Shown piece after piece: positions 47,347 to 56,607 of a stretch of 64,000 nucleotides of DNA. This DNA is from a virus. Taxonomy: Duplodnaviria; Heunggongvirae; Uroviricota; Caudoviricetes. The notes under the pieces were generated by a model. The model made no database searches, had not been told where the DNA came from, and saw nothing but the letters and a program-made list of their open reading frames with translations. The position numbers and the translations under genes were made by a program. The stretch is taken from IMG/VR virus record IMGVR_UViG_3300031857_000056, positions 38,590-102,589 of that record. One strand, written 5' to 3'. The number at the start of each line of letters is the position of its first letter. The stretch's first letter is position 1.

Positions 47347-47990
47347 AACAATATTTTCTTTTCGTGTTTTACCACAACTTCAGGATGTACCCAAACATCA
47401 ATACCACATTCTTTTACCAAATGACAAAAGCTTACGTCTTCCATTGTAAACTCCGTAACATTGCCAAATTGTTTCCAAATTGGTCTAAACCATGGATATT
47501 TCAATTTTTCAAATACACCCCGTTTTATAAGTATAAAGCCAAATCCAGTGTAGTCTACTGTAAATGGATCTTTGAATTGTTTTAATTTATCGAAAGTTAA
47601 AAATTCAAAACTACCATACTTCTTAAAATGATCTTCGTTCCAATCTTTTACAGTAGCATAGTGCGTACCATCTTGCATTAGATATAAACCAGATGCAATA
47701 TCTTTCTTTATATTGAATAGCTTAATGAAGTCATCCACTTTGAACATATTGTCACTATCAATCCAAAGTATATAATCATATTCGATTCTACCTTGCCATG
47801 GCTTTTGATTTTCTCCAGCATTAGAATCACCACCCAAACACATATTACGTACATAATAGATGTTACACGATTCTCTACGAGAAAGTATAGGAGTTATTTT
47901 GTTATGAATACACCAATTATAAAATGGTATAAAACTATCTAACCACTGACCAGAGAAATTATTGCCGGGTAAACAAATTATTAATCTCAT
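47343..47990 (-). CDS. glycosyltransferase (GT-A fold, DxD)
   Basis: 'ILWIDSDNMF' DxD motif, 215 aa. Confidence 0.45.
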   Translation of the reverse strand: MRLIICLPGNNFSGQWLDSFIPFYNWCIHNKITPILSRRESCNIYYVRNMCLGGDSNAGENQKPWQGRIEYDYILWIDSDNMFKVDDFIKLFNIKKDIASGLYLMQDGTHYATVKDWNEDHFKKYGSFEFLTFDKLKQFKDPFTVDYTGFGFILIKRGVFEKLKYPWFRPIWKQFGNVTEFTMEDVSFCHLVKECGIDVWVHPEVVVKHEKKILL

Positions 47991-48736
47991 GATTTAAAAA
48001 ACAAATTGTTTTGTACAAACAAGTTACCTTTATAACCTTTCCAACCATAGTGAGTCAAGTTACAAGTGGTATCTACATATATCTTACCACCGATACTTCT
48101 ATAAAGATTACAAAAGCCATAATCTTCACTTTCATATTTCTTTGTCTTTTCATTTATTTTACATGGAAAGAAATCATAGAACTTATCCCCATATCCCATA
48201 TACCCATCAATGTCATTCTTATATGCTATATTAGGCATTTCTCTAGAAATTTGATTGAAGACACGTTTCTTGAATAACATGAATCCAGTAGCAGCATAAT
48301 TTACTTCTTCAATGTTTTTCATTTCGGGATTGAGTTTAATTTCTGTAGCAAAGTCGGTACATAGTTCTTCGTAATTATCACCGATCATTTCTGGTCCTTG
48401 TTTTGCTAACAACTTTACTTTAGACGAATTAATATACTTCTTGGGATATAAACCTGAAATAACATCTTTATCAGCCTTTAACAATGAAAAGAAACTCTCG
48501 GGTTCAAATGATATATCACTATCAATGAACATCATATAATCACAATCCGGTTGATTTAGAAAATTAGCAGCTGCAGCATTTCTAGCTCTAGCAATCAAAC
48601 TTTCAAAGTATATACAATCCAAACTAAATGATATACCCCTACGTTGTCCCTCAAATATCAACTTCATCACACTAAACATAAAGTGTGATAGTACAGTATG
48701 ATTATAACAAATCACAGGCAAATAAACTTTGGTCAT
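47987..48736 (-). CDS. glycosyltransferase family-2-like (GT-A)
   Basis: N-terminal 'VICYNHTV', 'MMFIDSDISFEPESF' DxD, 'DVISGLYPKK'. Confidence 0.5.
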   Translation of the reverse strand: MTKVYLPVICYNHTVLSHFMFSVMKLIFEGQRRGISFSLDCIYFESLIARARNAAAANFLNQPDCDYMMFIDSDISFEPESFFSLLKADKDVISGLYPKKYINSSKVKLLAKQGPEMIGDNYEELCTDFATEIKLNPEMKNIEEVNYAATGFMLFKKRVFNQISREMPNIAYKNDIDGYMGYGDKFYDFFPCKINEKTKKYESEDYGFCNLYRSIGGKIYVDTTCNLTHYGWKGYKGNLFVQNNLFFKS

Positions 48737-48969
48737 AGTATGATCTTTTCCTTCTCAAAATATTCAGTAACTTCATCATTCCAAGGCTTGTTGATGTCAT
48801 CTAACTTATTAGCAATAGAACGCATTATATGTGACGGCCAGCAACCATCATTACTTGGCCAGAAATAATAATAACCATCAACATCCATAATAAGTTCACC
48901 AACTAAATGATTATTCGGAGTCAGTACGTGGAACTTCTGGTTGTTGATCTGTTTGTAAATTAGATTCAT
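48733..48969 (-). CDS. hypothetical protein
   Basis: ORF of 78 aa. Overlaps 48911..49411 by 59 nt, so one of the two starts is uncertain. Confidence 0.3.
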   Translation of the reverse strand: MNLIYKQINNQKFHVLTPNNHLVGELIMDVDGYYYFWPSNDGCWPSHIMRSIANKLDDINKPWNDEVTEYFEKEKIIL

Positions 48970-49411
48970 TTTTTTCTAAAACAATATTTGTAGTACCCTC
49001 GTAATTTACCCCACCAATAACATTAATAATAAATTTGTTGGTGATGGTTCCCTCCAAGTTACTAGTAACAATATAACTCTCTTGTACGCTTCCGTCAAGA
49101 AAAAACACAATTTTGGTAGAACTTGATTCAAGTATCTTCAAGTCATTTGTAACAGCATCCATCAAATAAACATCATCAAATGAACTATACATATTATAGT
49201 TTTCATCAAACGTAAGTTCAAACTCACGTTGTTGAAATGCTGCTTGATGTTTGAGATTAATCAATAGTGTCTTTAAGTTTTCTCTAGCTTCAAAATATCT
49301 ATTGTTACCAACTAGACTATCATAGTTGATAACAATTGCACCAATAATACCAAGCAATATGGTTATGGCTAATACTAACTCTATTAGTGTAAATGCTTTA
49401 TTGTTTTTCAC
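48911..49411 (-). CDS. type IV pilin/pseudopilin-like protein (prepilin-type N-terminus)
   Basis: 'MKNNKAFTLIELVLAITILLGIIGAIV' class-III signal-like N-terminus with Ala rather than Gly at -1. Confidence 0.45.
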   Translation of the reverse strand: MKNNKAFTLIELVLAITILLGIIGAIVINYDSLVGNNRYFEARENLKTLLINLKHQAAFQQREFELTFDENYNMYSSFDDVYLMDAVTNDLKILESSSTKIVFFLDGSVQESYIVTSNLEGTITNKFIINVIGGVNYEGTTNIVLEKNESNLQTDQQPEVPRTDSE

Positions 49412-49655
49412 GAATTAGTTTTAATTTTTGTTGACGGGTCAATTGTTTGATTTGATACTCCCTCTTCATTGCTTCACTTTTACTATTAAAACATTCGGTA
49501 TATACTAATCTAACTGGTAATCGTGTCTTAGTATATTTAGCACCACACCCTCTAGAATGATCACTAACTCGTTTTTCAACATTATTAGAGTAACCACAAT
49601 AGAGGGTGTTGTCCCCACAAATAACTATATAGCAACAATGATTCTTAACTATCAC
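49398..49655 (-). CDS. GIY-YIG domain small nuclease (UPF0213/Slx1-like)
   Basis: 'CCYIVICGDNTLYCGYSNNVEKRVSDH' GIY-YIG core, 85 aa. Confidence 0.5.
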   Translation of the reverse strand: MIVKNHCCYIVICGDNTLYCGYSNNVEKRVSDHSRGCGAKYTKTRLPVRLVYTECFNSKSEAMKREYQIKQLTRQQKLKLIREKQ

Positions 49656-50034
49656 ATCGTATATCTAATTTCGCTGTAGGAGTATAAGTGCCCAATCCAA
49701 TATTGCCATTTGAAGCAATGGTCAATCGTGATTCTACACCATAATATCCAAATGAATTTGTTTCTGCTTTAACTACAGCTGGTTTATTTAGTGGCGAACA
49801 AATATTGATTGAAATATTCTCACTATTATTAACTAGGATTTCAAAGTTATCACTATCTCTGAATTGCATTACACAAGTAGCACCATCACTACGAGTAAAT
49901 ACAAGTTTTTCACAAGTTAATACTTTTTCAGACGAAGAAGCTGGTTCTGATGCTTTAACAGTTGAACCAGCAACAACACCTGCGATTCCTCCAAATAGGG
50001 TGGAGAAAAACCCTTTACGATTTAGTTTTTCCAT
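49645..50034 (-). CDS. secreted hypothetical protein
   Basis: N-terminal signal-like 'FFSTLFGGIAGVVAGSTVKA'. Confidence 0.4.
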   Translation of the reverse strand: MEKLNRKGFFSTLFGGIAGVVAGSTVKASEPASSSEKVLTCEKLVFTRSDGATCVMQFRDSDNFEILVNNSENISINICSPLNKPAVVKAETNSFGYYGVESRLTIASNGNIGLGTYTPTAKLDIRCDS

Positions 50035-50074
50035 ATAATATACTATATCATAGTATGGATACTAAATCAATATT

Positions 50075-50392
50075 TTATTTCTTAAATAGTTCTTTGATAC
50101 TAACTCCGTGTTTGTTGTCTTTGAAAGACCAAATGGATGGTTTCTTTTTTAGATATAGATCTTGATTAGCATACAACTCTTTTACACAATTATCTGTTTT
50201 AACGATGACCACTTTGTGTTTACCATCTGCGTCTAGTTGGTTTTTGAATTGAACTAAATGACCGTCTGACCAAGCCATTTGTTGTTTACATACAATACAA
50301 GTTCTACCAGACTTTTTCTTGGCAAAGATACTTGCATTTGCATTTGTTGCGGTTAATACTAATAGTCCAACAATTAATAATACTTTATTCAT
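50075..50392 (-). CDS. secreted hypothetical protein
   Basis: Signal peptide 'MNKVLLIVGLLVLTATNANA'. Confidence 0.4.
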   Translation of the reverse strand: MNKVLLIVGLLVLTATNANASIFAKKKSGRTCIVCKQQMAWSDGHLVQFKNQLDADGKHKVVIVKTDNCVKELYANQDLYLKKKPSIWSFKDNKHGVSIKELFKK

Positions 50393-50426
50393 AATAACTC
50401 AAAGATAACATATATCGAATACAATG

Positions 50427-51452
50427 TCAACGTATATAATAAAGAACACGTTGCAAAACATATTGATAGGTATCAAACCATTTTTTATTACCCAACTGAT
50501 ATTTTGGTATCTTACTCAAGTCAATTGATTCACTATAAATTGCATATGAACTTAAATAAGCATCATTACAATTGGCGTGTTGTTCATAATGATTAGGCAT
50601 TGGTATCATCAACAATGGTTTGTTTTGATATATAGCTTCAGCACTTGTTTCAAATCCACCACTACATACTACTGCCTTACATACCTTCATCTTTTCTTGA
50701 AATAGTTTACCATCAAGATTAAATAATTTTAAATTTGGTAGTTCATCATATTGTTTGGTTAATTTGGTAAAACAATGAATATTGATATCTGGATATTTTT
50801 TTGCTTGATTAATCAATTGCGGTAACATATCTTCATTCATTAGATATACCAACACAAAGTCTTCTTGTTTGTGTGATACACTATAACTTTCACTTCTTAA
50901 TATTGGAGGACTTGCAATCATAACATCATCATTAAATTCATAATAACTTAATGCTACGATTTTGGATCTGATACTAGTGATTTTGTTTATGATATTTAAA
51001 AATAACTTTTGTACAGGATATCCATTGATTCGTGGATATATAATAGAATCCATTGCGTATTGATGTCCAAAGCTTACATACTTTATGTTTTTAAAGAATA
51101 ATGCGGTTAGACCTACCAGTGGTTCATAATAGTTGAATATAGCATCTGGTTTTTCTTTTTGGATGATGCTACAGATTTTAATGAATGATACAATTAAGCG
51201 TGGTAATTCAAATGTGTTGTTCAATATGGTTTTCCAGATAACAACTCTACCTACACTATCAAATACAAAATCAAATCCATCATAGTCTACTACGTTAAAT
51301 TCGTCTGTAAAATATTTAGATAACCCCCGTTTCTTTTTAGCTGCAAAAGCAGTTGTTACCTCAATGCCTTGCGATTGTAGATATTGTTTGGTTGCTATAG
51401 CTTGTGTAATGTGTCCATTACCTTCAGTTTGAACTCCGAATAATATCTTCAT
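50427..51452 (-). CDS. glycosyltransferase, GT28/MGT-like
   Basis: 'ILFGVQTEGNGHITQAIA' N-terminus typical of the MurG-like GT-B family. Confidence 0.45.
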   Translation of the reverse strand: MKILFGVQTEGNGHITQAIATKQYLQSQGIEVTTAFAAKKKRGLSKYFTDEFNVVDYDGFDFVFDSVGRVVIWKTILNNTFELPRLIVSFIKICSIIQKEKPDAIFNYYEPLVGLTALFFKNIKYVSFGHQYAMDSIIYPRINGYPVQKLFLNIINKITSIRSKIVALSYYEFNDDVMIASPPILRSESYSVSHKQEDFVLVYLMNEDMLPQLINQAKKYPDINIHCFTKLTKQYDELPNLKLFNLDGKLFQEKMKVCKAVVCSGGFETSAEAIYQNKPLLMIPMPNHYEQHANCNDAYLSSYAIYSESIDLSKIPKYQLGNKKWFDTYQYVLQRVLYYIR

Positions 51453-52159
51453 AATTTGATTAGTTTTATGTCACCTTCTAATGTCTCAATTATATACGAT
51501 GTATTTTCTCCAACAATAAAACTACCACAATTGTAATAGTTTATACCATCAATAATGGTACATTCTGGTTTGTGTATATGACCGCATAAAATACTATCGT
51601 GTCCACTATTTTTACAATAGTGTACAACGGTAGCTTCATAATTGCCTATGTACTTAACTGCTTCTTTTGCTTTTTGTTTGAGAAAGTTACTGAAGCTAAA
51701 TTTGAATATTCTAAATAGTTTATTTACCGACAAACTATAATCGTATATTACTGAACCAATATGTTGTATCCACTTATTTTTGGTTACTAATCCATCAAAT
51801 TGATCTCCGTGAATAATTAATATTCTTTCGTTTTTTAATGTGGTATGAGTGATTTCTCTTACAACTTGTATATTATCGCCAAAGTATATGTCATTGAATG
51901 GTTCGATAAAGTCATCGTGGTTACCCCAAATATAATATACTTTGGTTCCTTTACGACTCATACGCAATATTTTTTGCAATATTGTGTTATAATTGCTATG
52001 CCACTTAAACTTTCTACTCAATAACCAACCATCAATAAAATCACCTACAATATACAAATATTCACATTCAACTTCACTTAATAGTTTCAATAATTTTTCG
52101 TGGTTACAAAAATCACTACCTATATGACAATCACTTATAAATAATGTGCGTACTTTCAT
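51449..52159 (-). CDS. metallophosphoesterase, LpxH-like
   Basis: 'LFISDCHIG', 'YIVGDFIDGW', 'WGNHDDF', 'GHIH'. Confidence 0.55.
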   Translation of the reverse strand: MKVRTLFISDCHIGSDFCNHEKLLKLLSEVECEYLYIVGDFIDGWLLSRKFKWHSNYNTILQKILRMSRKGTKVYYIWGNHDDFIEPFNDIYFGDNIQVVREITHTTLKNERILIIHGDQFDGLVTKNKWIQHIGSVIYDYSLSVNKLFRIFKFSFSNFLKQKAKEAVKYIGNYEATVVHYCKNSGHDSILCGHIHKPECTIIDGINYYNCGSFIVGENTSYIIETLEGDIKLIKL

Positions 52160-52190
52160 TATTTATAAATATTCATACACTTGTTACAGA

Positions 52191-52592
52191 CTAGTTACGA
52201 TTTTTTCGGAACTGGCAATCGGTCATCCAGCAATCGCAATGGATACATTCTCCATTGTGGTCTGGTTTGCATGGCAATTGAAAGATATTACCAATCACTT
52301 CTAAATTTTCTGAAAGTAAATTACAAAATGGAATGCTTTCTTTACCATTTTCAGTAATAGCCCATCCAAAGTCTTTTGATACAACTTCAGCAGCATATCT
52401 TACATCATACTTATCGTAAGTTGCTTTATTATAAATAATATCCCCTTGGTAAATTTCTTTACCATTTTTATCTTTTAAGCCGGTAAACCATTGAATAGTT
52501 CTACCTTGTTTCTTAAATTCTTCATATGGATAACAAGTAATTGGAGATTCATCCCAACAATTGTATTTTTCGTCCCAAGCTCTGTATTTCAT
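52191..52592 (-). CDS. YopX-family protein, paralog 1
   Basis: 'KYRAWDE...QWFTGLKDKNGKEIYQGDIIY'. Confidence 0.55.
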   Translation of the reverse strand: MKYRAWDEKYNCWDESPITCYPYEEFKKQGRTIQWFTGLKDKNGKEIYQGDIIYNKATYDKYDVRYAAEVVSKDFGWAITENGKESIPFCNLLSENLEVIGNIFQLPCKPDHNGECIHCDCWMTDCQFRKNRN

Positions 52593-52593
52593 A

Positions 52594-52929
52594 TTATTTC
52601 TTTGTTTTCTTTAATGTTTGATGAATATTACCCACAACAAGTAGATCTTCATCAAACATTGCTAGAGGAAATTCATCTAAATACCACCCATAACTATCCC
52701 AGATTACATTACTATAATGGTTTTTACGCCCAAACTTTTGTCTGACGATATCACCTTCGAAGATTCTAGTGCCTTTGATATCATTTAGTCCAGTATATTC
52801 TTCAATGATGGTTTCATTGCGATTAAAGCATTGTGCTAGATGTGCAGTACCTTCACAACCATAAAGAGAACCAGTCATAGTGTACTTGTTTTCTTTGATG
52901 TTAAAGATTCTGTAAATGAATTGTCTCAT
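52594..52929 (-). CDS. YopX-family protein, paralog 2
   Basis: 'EEYTGLNDIKGTRIFEGDIV'. Confidence 0.5.
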   Translation of the reverse strand: MRQFIYRIFNIKENKYTMTGSLYGCEGTAHLAQCFNRNETIIEEYTGLNDIKGTRIFEGDIVRQKFGRKNHYSNVIWDSYGWYLDEFPLAMFDEDLLVVGNIHQTLKKTKK

Positions 52930-53300
52930 AGTAGTTTTAGATGTTTAGTGACTGGATCTATAATGGAACTATAATTAGGTCCAATAGATATACAAGTGAT
53001 AGTAGGTTCATCAAACAAGTCATTTTCTTGAATATAATAAACTTTTAGTCCAATAGCAACAGCTTGATGTCCAATATCAAGCAATTCTTTTTCATCCTTT
53101 GCTGCTAAACAAACCTTATAGAAGGTTCCGTTAATCCATTGTTCTTCACACTTATAGAATGGAATAACATCGTCGGGATATGCTCTGACTAGATTGGTTA
53201 AGAAAGCAATACTTGCGTGAGCACCTTGAACAACCATTTGTCCTTTGCTCAATTTTATATCCTTACGAAACACAATAACTTGTTTTACTTTATCGTTCAT
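52926..53300 (-). CDS. peptidyl-tRNA hydrolase, PTH2 family
   Basis: 'VIVFRKDIKLSKGQMVVQGAHASIAF' parallels the PTH2 signature '[22 protein letters not shown]'. Confidence 0.5.
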   Translation of the reverse strand: MNDKVKQVIVFRKDIKLSKGQMVVQGAHASIAFLTNLVRAYPDDVIPFYKCEEQWINGTFYKVCLAAKDEKELLDIGHQAVAIGLKVYYIQENDLFDEPTITCISIGPNYSSIIDPVTKHLKLL

Positions 53301-53499
53301 TTTTTACTTTAATTGGATATAACCAAAATTCTTTATTACATACTTCACATTTGGCTTTTGACATTCTGGTATGATCGTTTGGGTCACTTACAATATTAAC
53401 CAATTCACCTTCAAGTGCTTCAAATTTGGAACTGCAATTATAACAATCACCAACCCACACTCTTTGTTCTGGAGGAGTGCCTCGTTTGATACATTTCAT
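53290..53499 (-). CDS. zinc-ribbon small protein
   Basis: CxxC...CxxC. Confidence 0.35.
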   Translation of the reverse strand: MKCIKRGTPPEQRVWVGDCYNCSSKFEALEGELVNIVSDPNDHTRMSKAKCEVCNKEFWLYPIKVKNER

Positions 53500-53502
53500 A
53501 TA

Positions 53503-53943
53503 TTAGTGTCCTTTACTATTATCAATTTTGACGGGAGCAGTTAGTATTTCTTTATTTTTGTTATAATTGCCTAGATACTTGTATTCACGTTGAACAAATT
53601 GTAGAACACCACCGGTTCGTTCATATACCATAAAGCCAAAGTGTTCATATACGACTCTACCAATGGTAGTTTTGATACCTAGAGGTAGTTCAACGATATC
53701 ACCCTCATATAGATATTCACCGTTTGTGGCTTTAAAGCCGGTACACAGTTCAATTTTATAAGCTTCTTGGTCTACATCACATTTTGATGCATCGTCTTGA
53801 TTAGTACCAATAGATGTTACAAAGTCAACAAGATTACCATTAGGGTCTAGGTAATAGTTTGATGTGCAATGTAGTGATGAACCGGGATATTCAGGTTCGT
53901 GAGTATAACATTCAGCATTTTTGCTCCAGATACGATATTTCAT
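53503..53943 (-). CDS. YopX-family protein, paralog 3
   Basis: 'CTGFKATNGEYLYEGDIVEL'. Confidence 0.45.
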   Translation of the reverse strand: MKYRIWSKNAECYTHEPEYPGSSLHCTSNYYLDPNGNLVDFVTSIGTNQDDASKCDVDQEAYKIELCTGFKATNGEYLYEGDIVELPLGIKTTIGRVVYEHFGFMVYERTGGVLQFVQREYKYLGNYNKNKEILTAPVKIDNSKGH

Positions 53944-53946
53944 AAA

Positions 53947-54204
53947 TTAATAACCAGTTTGTCTAGTGACACTAAACCCAAATCCAAACAATGTCAACTC
54001 AAAATAAGTCCAAACATCATCTTTTCGATAACTTAGTGTGGTATTGAAGTTTACATCAATAAATTTTGTTGCATAGTTGTTTATCCAAGCGTCACCGGGT
54101 TTAGTTCCAAATTTGATTATGGGTAGATGAAGATGAATTTCAAAGATATCAAATAGGTCTTCTTTATTTTTTTTAGAGTATAAGCGCATATATTTTATCT
54201 CCAA
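53947..54204 (-). CDS. hypothetical protein
   Basis: ORF of 85 aa. Confidence 0.35.
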   Translation of the reverse strand: MEIKYMRLYSKKNKEDLFDIFEIHLHLPIIKFGTKPGDAWINNYATKFIDVNFNTTLSYRKDDVWTYFELTLFGFGFSVTRQTGY

Positions 54205-54542
54205 GTTCTATGTTCTTCCGCAATATATTCTCCCCCACCTTGTTCACGGTTGTCAATATACCATTTGATACCATCTGGTATTTCGACTACTTTAAGTTTG
54301 CAACGTTTTCCGTGACTTGATTTTTCACCCAGAGTTTCTACAACTTTTACAAGATCTGGGTCACTTCTGTCGAATGTCCATTCATCAATTATATTTTCTT
54401 CACTTTCTTCATTTTTATAGAAATCCCTATAAACATCATTTCCATCTTTAATTAGATTATAACCTTTAAATTTAGCGTATAAAGCATGAGCTTCATCACT
54501 TAATCTAAAAGCTCCATAGCTTGAGTTGATAACCACTTTCAT
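54195..54542 (-). CDS. hypothetical protein
   Basis: ORF of 115 aa with a 'VEIPDGIKWYIDNREQGGGEYIAEEHRTW' C-terminal motif. Confidence 0.4.
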   Translation of the reverse strand: MKVVINSSYGAFRLSDEAHALYAKFKGYNLIKDGNDVYRDFYKNEESEENIIDEWTFDRSDPDLVKVVETLGEKSSHGKRCKLKVVEIPDGIKWYIDNREQGGGEYIAEEHRTWR

Positions 54543-54548
54543 AGTCTT

Positions 54549-54577
54549 ACTTTACCACGGGTTTTTATGAAAGTCAA
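54549..54577 (-). promoter_or_regulatory. sigma70-like promoter TTGACT-17-[TGG]TAAAGT, 6 nt from the ATG
   Basis: TTGACTTTCATAAAAACCCGTGGTAAAGTAAGACTATG. Confidence 0.5.
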
Positions 54578-54783
54578 GTGTTAGTTTTTTTACCACCGCC
54601 TTGATTTATCCATTTGTGTAGGTCATCTAGTTTAGCTTTTAGCTCTACATTTTCTGCTTGTAGAGTAGTGGCTTTCAGCATTAGAGCTTGGTAGTCTAAT
54701 TGTAGTTGATAGTGTGTTTCTCTGATTGACTTGGTTAGGTCAATTACATCTGGTTGTTTAGTTGGTAGATTCATATAGGTCAT
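54574..54783 (-). CDS. coiled-coil small protein
   Basis: ORF of 69 aa. Confidence 0.35.
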   Translation of the reverse strand: MTYMNLPTKQPDVIDLTKSIRETHYQLQLDYQALMLKATTLQAENVELKAKLDDLHKWINQGGGKKTNT

Positions 54784-55132
54784 TATCTTTGATTATAATT
54801 TTTGCATTAACAAAGTCAGACTTTTTGAAAAGAAATACTTTTTGCACCATAATATATTCACTTGAATTGTCTTTTAGTTGTTCATTAATATTTGAAATTA
54901 CCTCTTGATATACTTTAATTGATTTATTTTTTTGTTCAAGAAAAACTACATTATCGTCACTTTCAATATTTTCATATTGTCTGTATTCGTGATAACCATC
55001 AGTATCTAGTTGATTGTAGGTAATATGTAAAGATACATTGGCTCTATATTTAGCTAAATAATAGTTATTTTTCGGTTGTTCTACCGGCGTTGTTTCTGGT
55101 TTCTTGAATAGATTCTTTAGATAGTTTATCAT
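54758..55132 (-). CDS. hypothetical protein
   Basis: ORF of 124 aa. Overlaps the next ORF by 68 nt. Confidence 0.35.
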   Translation of the reverse strand: MINYLKNLFKKPETTPVEQPKNNYYLAKYRANVSLHITYNQLDTDGYHEYRQYENIESDDNVVFLEQKNKSIKVYQEVISNINEQLKDNSSEYIMVQKVFLFKKSDFVNAKIIIKDNDLYESTN

Positions 55133-55253
55133 ATAACTCTTGTGCTTGTTTGGACAATGGTAACACTTGTTTTAGTTGTTGTAAAGCAGTAAGTTCATCT
55201 TTTAATGGATTATTTAGTCTATCTTGTAGTGTTGGCCATTGAGGTTTATTCAT
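55065..55253 (-). CDS. hypothetical protein
   Basis: ORF of 62 aa with large overlap. One of this pair may be spurious. Confidence 0.25.
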   Translation of the reverse strand: MNKPQWPTLQDRLNNPLKDELTALQQLKQVLPLSKQAQELYDKLSKESIQETRNNAGRTTEK

Positions 55254-55262
55254 AATGATATT

Positions 55263-55451
55263 TCACTCAATAATTGGAGCGCCGATTAGTATACCAAATC
55301 CAAAAAATAAATTAATTATTGATATTACCAAACAGGCAAAAGATGTCCAATATAGATTTGTAGTGTCTGCTACTATACCGGCTGTCAATAAAAACAGAAA
55401 TCCTAGTATAATCATTAAGTAGCTTTTTGGTTTATTATTCATATTCTTCAT
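55263..55451 (-). CDS. small membrane protein
   Basis: Two transmembrane helices. Confidence 0.35.
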   Translation of the reverse strand: MKNMNNKPKSYLMIILGFLFLLTAGIVADTTNLYWTSFACLVISIINLFFGFGILIGAPIIE

Positions 55452-55815
55452 GCATTCCTATTTCAATTGCAATGAATTGGTTTTTGTGGATGACAAGTAC
55501 ATCTGCAAAATTGAATATATCTGTATCTGATATTGTATCAAGTTTTTGGTATGTTTGCGTACCTATTGTTTGTAGTTTTTTATATGATACTTTGGCTTCT
55601 TCTTCAGTATAGTTTTTATAGTAGAGTCTTTTTTTGTTCATCAGGTCTGTTCCTACGCCGCAGTATGTTAATACTAGAGTGCTGACATAGACTTTCTTTT
55701 TGGTTGCGTTTTCTTTAGCTTGGTTGCGTTGGTATAGTGCGGCACCAACAAAATATAGTGGTATTGCTGCAATTACAAGTAGTAGAAAACCGCCTAATAT
55801 ATATAATTCTAACAT
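55435..55815 (-). CDS. membrane protein
   Basis: N-terminal transmembrane segment 'LYILGGFLLLVIAAIPLYFVGAALY'. Confidence 0.4.
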   Translation of the reverse strand: MLELYILGGFLLLVIAAIPLYFVGAALYQRNQAKENATKKKVYVSTLVLTYCGVGTDLMNKKRLYYKNYTEEEAKVSYKKLQTIGTQTYQKLDTISDTDIFNFADVLVIHKNQFIAIEIGMHEEYE

Positions 55816-55826
55816 ATTATGATTTT

Positions 55827-56129
55827 TTAATGGGCTTTACCATTAGGATTGCATTTACCACACGGATTATAATATCCGTCATAAGTGACATAATATTTAT
55901 TTCCTTCACAAATGTTGCATTCTTCAGATTTGTTTTCTGCTTTAGCGTCTTCCAAATCTTTTAAATATTTTTCTGATAATTCTGTGATATACTTGAGTTC
56001 ATCTATATCGAACACTCCGTTTAATTCTATGCATTTATTATTAATAAAAACATTAATAGTAACACATCTACTTGATCCAAGTTTTTGGTAAATTTCTTTA
56101 TAAAATTTATTTTTTATATCAGCAGTCAT
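55827..56129 (-). CDS. Cys-rich small protein
   Basis: 'CNICEGNKYYVTYDGYYNPCGKCNPNGKAH'. Confidence 0.4.
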   Translation of the reverse strand: MTADIKNKFYKEIYQKLGSSRCVTINVFINNKCIELNGVFDIDELKYITELSEKYLKDLEDAKAENKSEECNICEGNKYYVTYDGYYNPCGKCNPNGKAH

Positions 56130-56135
56130 AAGTTT

Positions 56136-56164
56136 ACTTTACCACGGGTATTTCTGAAAGTCAA
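56136..56164 (-). promoter_or_regulatory. sigma70-like promoter TTGACT-17-[TGG]TAAAGT, 6 nt from the ATG
   Basis: TTGACTTTCAGAAATACCCGTGGTAAAGTAAACTTATG. Confidence 0.5.
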
Positions 56165-56607
56165 TAGACATAATCTGTATGATTGCACTTGTTACACTGC
56201 ACACCTCGTTTAGGAGGATATGTTGTTAACATAAAATTGGGATTAGAATAATACAATTCTTCTCCACACTTTGGACAAGCAAAGCCAGAGTTGAGGTTAT
56301 TGACTGCGGCAAAAGTGTTATATGCTTTGTTATTATGTTCCTCAAGACTTTTTAGTGTTTGTTTTGGAACTTCTGTTTGTTTTTTAACATATTCTTCAAC
56401 TTTACGCAGTCTAATATTTAAGACTGAGATTCTGTTATGAGCGCACTGTAGTGTTTCGTGAAATCTATAACCTTCTCGTTTCTCTGTAATTGTAGGCGTT
56501 CCCATTCGCATATCAGAGTAGTAAGAACCGCATCCAAAAAGAGAATGATATTCTCCTTTTACTTCATATGCGTCACAATTTGGGCAGGTTTTAATATTTT
56601 TATTCAT
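56161..56607 (-). CDS. zinc-finger protein
   Basis: 'CPNCDAY', 'CPKCGEE', 'CNKCNH'. Confidence 0.4.
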   Translation of the reverse strand: MNKNIKTCPNCDAYEVKGEYHSLFGCGSYYSDMRMGTPTITEKREGYRFHETLQCAHNRISVLNIRLRKVEEYVKKQTEVPKQTLKSLEEHNNKAYNTFAAVNNLNSGFACPKCGEELYYSNPNFMLTTYPPKRGVQCNKCNHTDYVY

